Source of the DNA: Paramicrosporidium saccamoebae KSL3
Taxonomy: Eukaryota; Fungi; Cryptomycota
Direction: 5' to 3'
Length of the DNA stretch: 32,000 nucleotides
Assembly (NCBI GenBank): GCA_002794465.1
Contig: MTSL01000050.1
Location: 33,164 to 65,163, forward strand
Under the pieces are notes generated by a model, which worked only from the letters and a program-made list of their open reading frames with translations, was not told the DNA's origin and ran no database searches. Of the stretch, positions 16,014 to 24,880 are shown one piece after another. Within the stretch, counting starts at the first letter, position 1; every line of letters begins with the position of its first letter. Both the position numbers and the translations under genes were made by a program.

Positions 16014-18713
16014 TTATTCGCCGTCGTTAGAGATGCTGAACAACGGCATGGGCACTGAGACTCCCATTAGAGTGGTAACAAGCATAGTAAGCTCTTCTTT
16101 TGTCCTGCACAGAAAACCAAACAAGATGGTCGGGTCCAGTTGGGGGAGGGATAGCTCGCAGACAGCGCGAGTGTGGCATTCCCTCCGATCCACCATGGCG
16201 TCTAGGGTGGAGGCCTGCCGGAGCAGATGGGGATCGAGATAGAGGAGAGCGTCGTCTTGGTAGCCGACAATGTAAAAGGCGCGGGCGGAGCGACCTCCAA
16301 TGATCCCAAGGGAGTGGGGAGAGGAGAGGGCAGCCTTAATGAGGACCGAATAGTCGGCATTGAGAGTGTCGGCGCCCAATCGCAGCGGCATCAGTATTAG
16401 CTGAGGCCTCAAGACGACTGCCTCTTTGAGTCGATACAGCGGGATAATTCCCTGCTTTACCAAAAACACATCAAAAGGAATGGAGGGGTCTAGGCGACAT
16501 TGCGTGCGCAAAGCTCTGGACAGGACAGATGGATTGAAATGTTGACCAATGGGTGTCCCGTATTGCACGCCAACCCGCGTTAAATGGAGAATGGAAAAGG
16601 TGGCAGTCGGATCAGCACTGTCGAGGAACAGTGCCAAAATCCTCCGATATTTGGCCAGAGTTTCGGGAGAGCCATAAATCTGGGCCAGCCTCCGATCGGG
16701 ATCGAGGAGAATCCTGGCCAGGGCCTCAGCCATCATTGATTGGCCAGCACGAATCATGCAGCCAAAACCGGCATCGCTGGAGAGAATGGAGGGGAGGAGG
16801 CGGGGAAAGTCACGTCGATAGGTAAACCAAAAACAGCTCTCAAAGGTCTGTAAAAAGTCTTCCATACATCCAACACAGCTGGGGGAAGTGTTGCGATTGG
16901 AACGTTCCCTCTTTGGACTGACGGAAGGCAATCTTGGCGGAGTGTGAGGAGAGAGAGCCTGTATTGTCTGTCGATTATGCAGAACAGAGGGCAGCCAAGC
17001 AAGCAAAGCAGTAAAATCAGCAACAGAGAGGGCACGAAAACACAACCAAGTGGCGGCATGGGAGATGGCAAAGCGCAGGGAAGAATCGGCAAAAAAGTAA
17101 AAATGAGCATTGGTAATGTCCAGGGGCATAGGGCTCAGATTGGTCATGGGAGAGCGAAGCATGAGCATCATGGAGCTAGGATCCTGATAGATTTCGCGAC
17201 AAATCCAGTCATGGATATGCTCCGACCACAACAGCACGACACGAGGGCCAGTAGGGGGACTGGACGAACCAGGATGGATGAGTACGAGAGAGTTGGGATG
17301 GGGGCCAATTTCAATACTGCAGCCTGAGACAAAGAGAATATCAAACTCGATGGAGGAATCCCGACTATGACTGGCAGAGATGGCCATCAGACTGGATAGA
17401 ACATCAACAAAGACAGTGCGTGCTTGCAATGCGACATTACGCTTGCATCGAATGGCACAATCGACATAGTGTTGTCCAGTCTGTGGAATGGCGTGAATAC
17501 TAAATACATAGGATTCCAAAGTGGCCGATAGAGTGGCATCATCGGCCTCTATGACACAGACTGTACTCCACCGATTGTCCTCCAACCAACTGGCAAGTTG
17601 TGCCAACACCAATTCGACATCAAATGGCGTAATAATCAGCCCTTCCCGCAATCCATAGTCTTCATCAGAAACACGGACCAGTTCGGCGCGTTCTGTTGAA
17701 ATATTCCGTATGCGCTTTACCGGTCCAACACTGACACAGCGTTTCCAGTGACCATTATCAACACTGTCGTTCTTGAATTGACGTCCCATTAACCAAATGG
17801 GCGATGGAGAGTAGAGAGTTTTGCTATTCTCCCGAGGATCGTGAGAATTGGCCATTAACTGACCGAGACGGGTACCGTACAGCCAAAAACCCATTTGTTG
17901 CAATAGATCGACAGTGACAACACTCTCAGCGTCCGTGTCAGGATCCCGTGGCGATCGCAGAGTGACAATTGAATCGGAGCGTGACACTGAGCGACTGGGA
18001 AGGTCGGTGTCAAGGTCAACAAATGAACCGGCGATGGAGACGGCCTGTGATTGATCGTCCTCCATTGCTACCGAATAGACTAATGGGGCACTTATGGGGG
18101 GTGCGTCTACTGAAAGTAAAGGCAACGGATGGTGGGAATCACGAAGCCATGAGACGGCATCTGCATGGAGCTTCCCCGTGTCCACCATCCATTCTTTGGT
18201 GAACAGTAATCGACGCTCTTGGTCAAACAATTGCAAACGCCGTCGGGTCCGTTCTGCGTCGGGCTGTACGAAACGACGTGGTAAGGTCAGTACATATGCC
18301 GTGTCTGTTTCGTCTTCTGTTGGTTTCACCCGCTCCACAGCCAACTCTTCCACCATCCCGTCCACCAGACGCGCCTCGTGACAGAACATTGGCTGACTGG
18401 CCATTGTGCGAAACACAATTTGGAATTGGGAAAATGTGTCAGTGAACATGTGTACTACGTCTTCAAGACGTCCTGTGGTTGGAAATAGTCGTGCTATTGC
18501 TGCAGTAGGCGACACATAGACGGGACGGGTAAAGGTCTCCTTTTCCACCGTAGTCACCAACATTACCGCTTCCACAATAATACTTGGTCCCGGTGTGCGC
18601 AACTTCGGATGACGTGCTGTCCAATTCCGCGGGGAGGAGTGTCCTGAATTTGATGGTGTAGACGACAATGACTGTAAAGAATGTGCATTTAATGCGTCAA
18701 CATTGTGGCTCAT
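16014..18713 (-). CDS. ATG4: Atg4-family cysteine protease (peptidase C54) with long N-terminal region and large insertion, 899 aa
   Basis: FLQTFESCFWFTYRRDF, SDAGFGCMIRAGQ (catalytic Cys), PLRLG, IIGG...FYIVGY, YLDPH (Asp/His), LDPTILFGF, PLFSI. Confidence 0.85.
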   Translation of the reverse strand: MSHNVDALNAHSLQSLSSTPSNSGHSSPRNWTARHPKLRTPGPSIIVEAVMLVTTVEKETFTRPVYVSPTAAIARLFPTTGRLEDVVHMFTDTFSQFQIVFRTMASQPMFCHEARLVDGMVEELAVERVKPTEDETDTAYVLTLPRRFVQPDAERTRRRLQLFDQERRLLFTKEWMVDTGKLHADAVSWLRDSHHPLPLLSVDAPPISAPLVYSVAMEDDQSQAVSIAGSFVDLDTDLPSRSVSRSDSIVTLRSPRDPDTDAESVVTVDLLQQMGFWLYGTRLGQLMANSHDPRENSKTLYSPSPIWLMGRQFKNDSVDNGHWKRCVSVGPVKRIRNISTERAELVRVSDEDYGLREGLIITPFDVELVLAQLASWLEDNRWSTVCVIEADDATLSATLESYVFSIHAIPQTGQHYVDCAIRCKRNVALQARTVFVDVLSSLMAISASHSRDSSIEFDILFVSGCSIEIGPHPNSLVLIHPGSSSPPTGPRVVLLWSEHIHDWICREIYQDPSSMMLMLRSPMTNLSPMPLDITNAHFYFFADSSLRFAISHAATWLCFRALSVADFTALLAWLPSVLHNRQTIQALSPHTPPRLPSVSPKRERSNRNTSPSCVGCMEDFLQTFESCFWFTYRRDFPRLLPSILSSDAGFGCMIRAGQSMMAEALARILLDPDRRLAQIYGSPETLAKYRRILALFLDSADPTATFSILHLTRVGVQYGTPIGQHFNPSVLSRALRTQCRLDPSIPFDVFLVKQGIIPLYRLKEAVVLRPQLILMPLRLGADTLNADYSVLIKAALSSPHSLGIIGGRSARAFYIVGYQDDALLYLDPHLLRQASTLDAMVDRRECHTRAVCELSLPQLDPTILFGFLCRTKEELTMLVTTLMGVSVPMPLFSISNDGE

Positions 18714-18918
18714 AAACCGGTATGGGTGGTCACATGGGCATCCAAGTCTTTGTAATAATTAGCCATGTGCAACTATGCGAACAGCAGAGGTATTGATCCA
18801 AGTGCGACTAGGTGGATAACAGAGACATTGATCCAAACCTTTCAACTCGAAATCTCAGTCTTGATTGCGACTTTAATACTTTTGCATTGACATATGCTAC
18901 CTGGGCTTCCAGGGTTCC

Positions 18919-21900
18919 ATGGACGACACTCAACATGACACGGCACCAGAGACAAGTCTCTTTTCTCAGATGTTCGTCACCTGGCTGAGTCCGCTCCTCT
19001 CGCTTGGCTATCGTCGTCCCCTTCAGCCGTCTGACCTGCCCGTCCTTCGTCCTGCTCTCCGTTCCCCTGACCTCTATCAACGTTTTGCTTCTCGCTGGGA
19101 GACCCGTCGCTCCTCTCCCAGTCGATACAGTGTCCTTCGTACCGGATTGGATGTCTTTGGGAGGCCATTTGGCTGGGCCGGTGTCCTGAAACTGGGTGGC
19201 GATATTTGTGCCCTCATCTCTCCCCTTGTGCTGTCCTGGATTATTGCCGACTTGAAGCATCTACCACGCTCGCTCCCCTATGGATTGGCCTTGTGTGCTT
19301 CAATATTTGTTCTGCAAATGATTAATACTCTCTCCGTCAACAGTTACTTTAACATTACCATGCAGTGTGGCATGAAGCTGCGCACCTCCCTCTCCGCCTT
19401 GATATATGCAAAGTCGCTCCGTCTTAGTGCCAAAGCCCGTCAGTCCTTTTCCACCGGCCAGATTGTCAACTTGATGAGTACCGATGCCGGTAGACTTGAC
19501 TCTGCCGTGTCCTTTGCCCACTACATTTGGTCTGGTCCCTTCCAGATTCTGGTCATTGTTTTCATGCTTTTCCGTCTCCTCAAGTGGGCGGCCTTTGTTG
19601 GAGTGGGCTGTTTGGTCCTTTTCATTCCCTTGCAAAGCGACATTACGAGAATGCTCAGTCGATACCGGAAGCGCACTGCGGCAATCACCGATCAACGAGT
19701 CAAGCTCATGCAAGAAGCCATCCAGGGCATTCGTGTACTCAAATTCTATTCCTGGGAAGCGAGTTTTCTGGAGCGACTATTTGCCCTGCGTAATGAGGAA
19801 ATGTGCCATGTGAGCAAGGCTCAAACGATCCGTTCTCTGACCACTGTGATCACTTCCATGGCTGCCATCATCTCATGCATCATCACATTCATTGCCTACT
19901 TTAAGATGGGCAATCAGCTGACCGCTGAGATTGTCTTTCCCACTTTGGCCCTCTTTAACTTGCTCCGCACGCCCCTCATCCTCCTGCCCATGGTCATCAG
20001 CTTTACTGTGGACGGGGCGTTGGCTGCCAGAAGAATAAGAAAGTTCCTCCTCGCCGAAGAATTGGACTTTAGCGCTGAACTAGACGACAGTAGCAAATAC
20101 GGTGTTGAAATTCAAGATGGAAACTTTGTGTGGGAAACTCTTGAAGACGACAACAAAGACAGTGACGAGAAAGGTGACGATAAGAAGGACAACGATAAGG
20201 GTGCATCTGCAGATACTCAGGATGATGGAAAATGTGTCATTATGGCAACTTCTTCTAGTCATCTTCTAACTGATAAAGCTGTCCAAGAACCCAGGCAAGC
20301 CCTGACGGATATCAATTTAAAGGTTGAAAAGGGAAATTTGCTGGCTATTGTCGGTGTTGTGGGTTCTGGAAAATCTACCCTGCTAAATGCTCTGGTGGGC
20401 GAATTAAAGGCAATTAGCGGAAAGGTAACATTTGGAGGATCGGTGGCATATTGTCCGCAGCAAGCGTGGATCCGAAATGCTTCGGTGCGAGACAACATTC
20501 TCTTTGGAATGCCCTACGACGAGAACAAATATTCTTCAATCGTCTCGGCCTGTGCGCTCATCCAAGACTTTGCCGCCCTTCCTGACGGCGATCTCACAGA
20601 GATTGGTGAAAAGGGGGTGAATCTGAGCGGTGGACAAAAGCAGCGCATCAGTCTCGCACGGGCTGCATATTCTGATGTCGATGTGGTTCTCCTTGACGAT
20701 CCGCTCTCTGCTGTCGATGCACATGTGGGAAAGCACTTGATGAAATTTTGCATTAATGGGATTATGGCTGGCCGAACCCGATTACTTGTGACTCACCAAT
20801 TGACTGCTGTCCATTTGGCCGATCAGGTAGTCCTCATGTCCAATGGGCAGATTGCCGAACAGGGATCGTATTTGGAGCTGATTGAGAAGGAGGGAATCTT
20901 TTCAGAGCTCGTTAGGATCCATGGACCGACGGCCTCTACCTCTTTGGTAACATCTGAGCATCCTTCGGCTCCTGATACGCCCACAAAGAAGGCTCCATTA
21001 GTAGGAGACAGTCCGGCCCCATCGAATAACAATAATGGCGGTAAATTGACTACAGCAGAGGAGCGGGTGGTGGGGGCAGTGGAATGGTCCACCTACAAAG
21101 ATTACATTATCGCCGCAGGAGGAATGGTGTTCCTTCTGGTTGGACTCTTGTCGGTAATGTTGTGGAATGTCACGAGGATTTTCACAGACTACTGGATTGC
21201 AATCTGGACGAGTGAAAAGCCGACCATTGAAGTCACTCCCAATGTGTTTATTATGGTGTATCTTTTATTGGGAATGCTCCAAGGCATTTGGGCGGTGAGC
21301 AGTAGTTTGGTGTTTTCGTTTGGCGGAGTACGGGCTGCAAAGACGCTCCACAATAATTCGGCAAAACGCATTTTGCATGCTCCCGTGTCATTCTTCGACA
21401 CCAATCCCACTGGTCGAATCCTGAACCGCTTTTCCAAGGACCAAGACACATTGGACAATCTGATCACTGAAACCCTGCGCTCATTTGTGCACACCTTTGG
21501 TCTGACAATGTTTACGTTTATGGCCATGGCCGTAATGGTAAGGTTCCTAATCCTTCCTCTAATTGTCCTGCTGGGGGTGTACTACTTTATCCAGTCTTAC
21601 TACCGAAGGAGCAGTCGTGAATTGAAGAGGATTGAGGCGTTGTCGCGATCTCCGCTCTATTCACACTTTTCTGAAACCCTCACCGGGCTTGCTACAATCC
21701 GTGCATTTGGCCAATCAACCCAATTCATGGAGCACAATCTGCGATTGCTGAACATTAATAACAAGGCGGCATATGCACAGTTGTCCATCCAACGCTGGCT
21801 GGGACTCCGATTAGAGACGGTGGGCAATCTAGTCATTTTGTCAGCATCCACCTTTTGCTATGTATTCAATGTTAATCCGTCGTTGGCAGGATTGACAATC

Positions 21901-22818
21901 AGTTATTCTTTGGGAACGACGGGCGTGATGAGTTGGTGCATTAGACAGTTTGCTGACACTGAGACACAGATTATTTCCTCTGAACGAATCGGACACTATG
22001 CAAATAAACTGGCCACCGAAGGGAACCCCATGGCTGAGCCATCTCCGCCAGAATGGCCAGCTCAGGGCCAAATCAAATTTGACACCATTTCCATGAGATA
22101 CCGACCCGATCTGCCCAACGTCTTGGAGAATGTGACTGTCTCAATTAAAGCGGGAGAGCGGATTGGAGTGGTTGGCAGGACGGGGGCTGGAAAGAGCTCC
22201 ATCATGTTGGCACTCTTCCGAATCGTAGAGGCGGCCGAGGGAAAAATTGAAATTGACGGCATTGACATTTCCACTTTGGAGTTGGCTGATTTGCGTCGTC
22301 ATCTTTCCATCATCCCGCAAGATCCGGTAGTCTTTGCAAACAGTGTTCGGTGGAATCTCGATCCAACCCTTTCCCACACTGATCAGGCCATGTGGGATGC
22401 TTTGGAACGAGCGCATTTACGCGAAGCCATCCAACACTTGGGTGGTCTGGATGCCCTTTTGCAGGATGGGGGAGAGAACTTGAGCGTGGGTCAACGACAG
22501 CTGCTGTGTCTCGCCCGAGCCATCCTGCAGAACAACCGGATCCTCGTCCTGGACGAGGCCACTGCCAACATTGATCTCGCCACTGATGCCCTCATCCAGG
22601 AGAGCATCCGTCGTGATTTCCCGGGCTGTACAATCCTCACCATTGCACATCGCATCAGCACTGTCATTGATTATGACCGTATTCTCGTATTGGAACGGGG
22701 TAAGGTGGTAGAATTTGATCCGCCCGCCAACCTTCTTGCCAAAGAGGACTCGCTATTTGCATTTCTTGTTCGTGAAAGCAATCAGCTTGAAAGTAGACCC
22801 CAATCTGCCCCAATATAA
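18919..22818 (+). CDS. ABCC/MRP-type full-size ABC transporter without TMD0 (TMD1-NBD1-TMD2-NBD2)
   Basis: Lasso motif (WLSPLLSLGYRRPL), NBD1 GVVGSGKS / LSGGQ / VVLLDD, NBD2 GRTGAGKS / LSVGQ / ILVLDE. Confidence 0.95.
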   Translation: MDDTQHDTAPETSLFSQMFVTWLSPLLSLGYRRPLQPSDLPVLRPALRSPDLYQRFASRWETRRSSPSRYSVLRTGLDVFGRPFGWAGVLKLGGDICALISPLVLSWIIADLKHLPRSLPYGLALCASIFVLQMINTLSVNSYFNITMQCGMKLRTSLSALIYAKSLRLSAKARQSFSTGQIVNLMSTDAGRLDSAVSFAHYIWSGPFQILVIVFMLFRLLKWAAFVGVGCLVLFIPLQSDITRMLSRYRKRTAAITDQRVKLMQEAIQGIRVLKFYSWEASFLERLFALRNEEMCHVSKAQTIRSLTTVITSMAAIISCIITFIAYFKMGNQLTAEIVFPTLALFNLLRTPLILLPMVISFTVDGALAARRIRKFLLAEELDFSAELDDSSKYGVEIQDGNFVWETLEDDNKDSDEKGDDKKDNDKGASADTQDDGKCVIMATSSSHLLTDKAVQEPRQALTDINLKVEKGNLLAIVGVVGSGKSTLLNALVGELKAISGKVTFGGSVAYCPQQAWIRNASVRDNILFGMPYDENKYSSIVSACALIQDFAALPDGDLTEIGEKGVNLSGGQKQRISLARAAYSDVDVVLLDDPLSAVDAHVGKHLMKFCINGIMAGRTRLLVTHQLTAVHLADQVVLMSNGQIAEQGSYLELIEKEGIFSELVRIHGPTASTSLVTSEHPSAPDTPTKKAPLVGDSPAPSNNNNGGKLTTAEERVVGAVEWSTYKDYIIAAGGMVFLLVGLLSVMLWNVTRIFTDYWIAIWTSEKPTIEVTPNVFIMVYLLLGMLQGIWAVSSSLVFSFGGVRAAKTLHNNSAKRILHAPVSFFDTNPTGRILNRFSKDQDTLDNLITETLRSFVHTFGLTMFTFMAMAVMVRFLILPLIVLLGVYYFIQSYYRRSSRELKRIEALSRSPLYSHFSETLTGLATIRAFGQSTQFMEHNLRLLNINNKAAYAQLSIQRWLGLRLETVGNLVILSASTFCYVFNVNPSLAGLTISYSLGTTGVMSWCIRQFADTETQIISSERIGHYANKLATEGNPMAEPSPPEWPAQGQIKFDTISMRYRPDLPNVLENVTVSIKAGERIGVVGRTGAGKSSIMLALFRIVEAAEGKIEIDGIDISTLELADLRRHLSIIPQDPVVFANSVRWNLDPTLSHTDQAMWDALERAHLREAIQHLGGLDALLQDGGENLSVGQRQLLCLARAILQNNRILVLDEATANIDLATDALIQESIRRDFPGCTILTIAHRISTVIDYDRILVLERGKVVEFDPPANLLAKEDSLFAFLVRESNQLESRPQSAPI

Positions 22819-23121
22819 TAATGTATTGTATTAAGAGATTTTTCTGAACGGTATCTGTGATATTGGGATTGAAGTAGAATGTGGGTAGGGTGGGGCGGAC
22901 AGGACAGACTTGGGAGTAATGACACTACGTCCCTACTCTGTAGATGTATTATATCGCGAAAGTCTGGTCTAATCTAAAATACTACGAGTCAGTACTCGCT
23001 AATGATTAGTGGTCATAACCTAGATAGATAGCCGTCTGATAAGACAGATCGGCCTTGACGAGTAACTGTCTATAAAGGCGTCACATCATTTTGTTCCGTT
23101 CGGCTCACTAGCACATTCAAT

Positions 23122-23625
23122 TCAATCGGCTTTATTATAATGTCGGAGTGTGGAGAGTAGCAATCCGAAGCTCGTACCTAGTAACATTCCTCTTTTTAGA
23201 TTGCTCAAGACCTGTCGACGGTCTACTGTTGCAAACAGCAATCCAACCATTCCGCCTGCAGCTACCTCTTCCCACCATACCTCACCCCAGACCCGATTCA
23301 CTGTCCATCGGCCTAGTGAGAATACAGCAGCCACCATTGCCAGTCGACTTCCTAGTCGTACAGCCTCCCTACCCGCTCCCCACATCACCCTCCCATTTCT
23401 CTGTCGCATATACGCCAACACTGCGCTCCGGGTCCGCGGCGGGGTATGGTGGTGTTCTGCAAGGAACTGAAGGGATGCACTGCGTGTGCCGCGGATAGCG
23501 CCCAGGATGCAGCCGACTGCAAAACTGTATTCGAGGGCCCGCAGCGTATGGGCTACTCGATGGGCAGTGTTCTCATCTAATGCGGCAGTCCACTTGCCAT
23601 ATAAAGCTCCGATTAATTCAATCAT
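23122..23625 (-). CDS. Tim17/Tim22-like small membrane protein of an uncharacterised fungal family
   Basis: Gly-zipper helices (GCILGAIRG, AAGGMVGLLF, GMLLGTSFG) and FLAEHHHTPPRT, resembling the F.AENAHR.PT motif of a conserved fungal hypothetical family. Confidence 0.65.
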   Translation of the reverse strand: MIELIGALYGKWTAALDENTAHRVAHTLRALEYSFAVGCILGAIRGTRSASLQFLAEHHHTPPRTRSAVLAYMRQRNGRVMWGAGREAVRLGSRLAMVAAVFSLGRWTVNRVWGEVWWEEVAAGGMVGLLFATVDRRQVLSNLKRGMLLGTSFGLLLSTLRHYNKAD

Positions 23626-23636
23626 GCCAATGCGAT

Positions 23637-24854
23637 TTATTCTTTTCGCTCTGCAGACTGAATTGCCGAGAGCGCATCTAAGGGCGAATTCTTGAACTGG
23701 ATAAAATGGCCCTGTATTTCGGCTGGCGAGCGTTGCAGCGGGGCCACTGCTTCGGCAAAACGTGCTGCTAGATGGGGGTGGTTGGGATAGAATCGAGAAA
23801 ACATTCGCTGCACCTGGTCCTGTGTTGCCCGTCCAATGTATTCCTGTACATCCACTCGACCGGGTCGAATCAATGCGGGGTCCAATCGGTCGTAATGATT
23901 GGTTGTCATGAAAATGATGCGTTCCTCAGAAGAGGCGACTCCATCAAGCGCATTCAATAGTCCACTAAAGGTGAGCTTTCCGTGCGGCCGATCGGGACAG
24001 TTCATGGCCGAATCAATGTCTTCCAGGAGCAATATCGATCTCTCCGGTAGAACATTGAGTAGATGATTTAAGCGATCATCAGACAGAGCCACTTCGCTTA
24101 GATTCAGCAGGCAGATGCTGTAGTCCAGTTCACTGGCTAGTGCTTGGATGAAACTGCTCTTTCCCCCACCAGGCGGACCATGGAGCAAATAGCCGCGTCG
24201 GTAGGGAATTCCCCGATCAAGATACCATTGTCCCGAGTCGAGAAATTCACGCACATCCGATACCAGTGCCTCTCTGACTCTCCCCTCAAAGATCACCGAA
24301 TCCAATGTCCGTTTCCTCCGGGGATTCCCAAAGGGTCGCCATTCGGCTGCCCAACTCGTGTAGATGACCAACTTGCCCAGCTCCTGCTTGGCTGCCTGGG
24401 CCTGGGCCTCAGCCAACAGACTTGTGATGAATTCGGGCCGGCGTCCAATTGTGCTCAGTGTGATGGTCTCAAATGGGATTCCCGTAGTAATGTCCATGAG
24501 GGCAGATTTCTCGCGTTCTCGATTCACCTTGATCCAGGCGCCTTGCCACCGGAGATAATGTACACCGGGTGCAGGACTGAGACTCGTTGTCCCCGTAGTG
24601 CGGGCTATCTTTGCATTAAGTGTGAAATGCGAGCCGCTCAGCAGTGCCTGTTTCGTGAGCCATTGTACCATCCATCCATATGCGGGATCCTTGGAGGTCA
24701 CCTCTACCGTTGTCAAATAACGTCTCTGGACTAAATACAGCGCCTGTGAAACACCCCGTCGTAGCGCTGCGAATCCAGCGCCCACTCCTAGCAACCCGAA
24801 TCCGGCGCTAAAGTACGGATTGTCATGCAGAAGGGATGCTATAAGGTCCGACAT
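23637..24854 (-). CDS. BCS1: Mitochondrial AAA chaperone for Rieske Fe-S protein insertion
   Basis: DNPYFSAGFGLLGVG, BCS1 N-domain (APGVHY, PFETITL, WRPFG.PRRKR.LDSVI), Walker A GPPGGGKS, Walker B LLEDID, ALIRPGRVD. Confidence 0.96.
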   Translation of the reverse strand: MSDLIASLLHDNPYFSAGFGLLGVGAGFAALRRGVSQALYLVQRRYLTTVEVTSKDPAYGWMVQWLTKQALLSGSHFTLNAKIARTTGTTSLSPAPGVHYLRWQGAWIKVNREREKSALMDITTGIPFETITLSTIGRRPEFITSLLAEAQAQAAKQELGKLVIYTSWAAEWRPFGNPRRKRTLDSVIFEGRVREALVSDVREFLDSGQWYLDRGIPYRRGYLLHGPPGGGKSSFIQALASELDYSICLLNLSEVALSDDRLNHLLNVLPERSILLLEDIDSAMNCPDRPHGKLTFSGLLNALDGVASSEERIIFMTTNHYDRLDPALIRPGRVDVQEYIGRATQDQVQRMFSRFYPNHPHLAARFAEAVAPLQRSPAEIQGHFIQFKNSPLDALSAIQSAERKE

Positions 24855-24863
24855 CCCCGGTGA

Positions 24864-24874
24864 CAGCCAATCAG
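24864..24874. promoter_or_regulatory. CCAAT box (CAGCCAATCAG) in the 26-bp BCS1/SAC1 divergent spacer
   Basis: Close match to the NF-Y/HAP consensus. Confidence 0.6.
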
Positions 24875-24880
24875 CGCGCG

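Noticed and set aside
22955-22970. GCGAAAGTCTGG resembling RNase P/MRP conserved region I
   Set aside because: No matching CR-V / P4 partner was found at a suitable position.
23001-23039. Plus-strand C/D snoRNA with guide to 18S ACGGCTA
   Set aside because: Only 7 nt of complementarity and ~40 nt between boxes; not a methylation site I recall.
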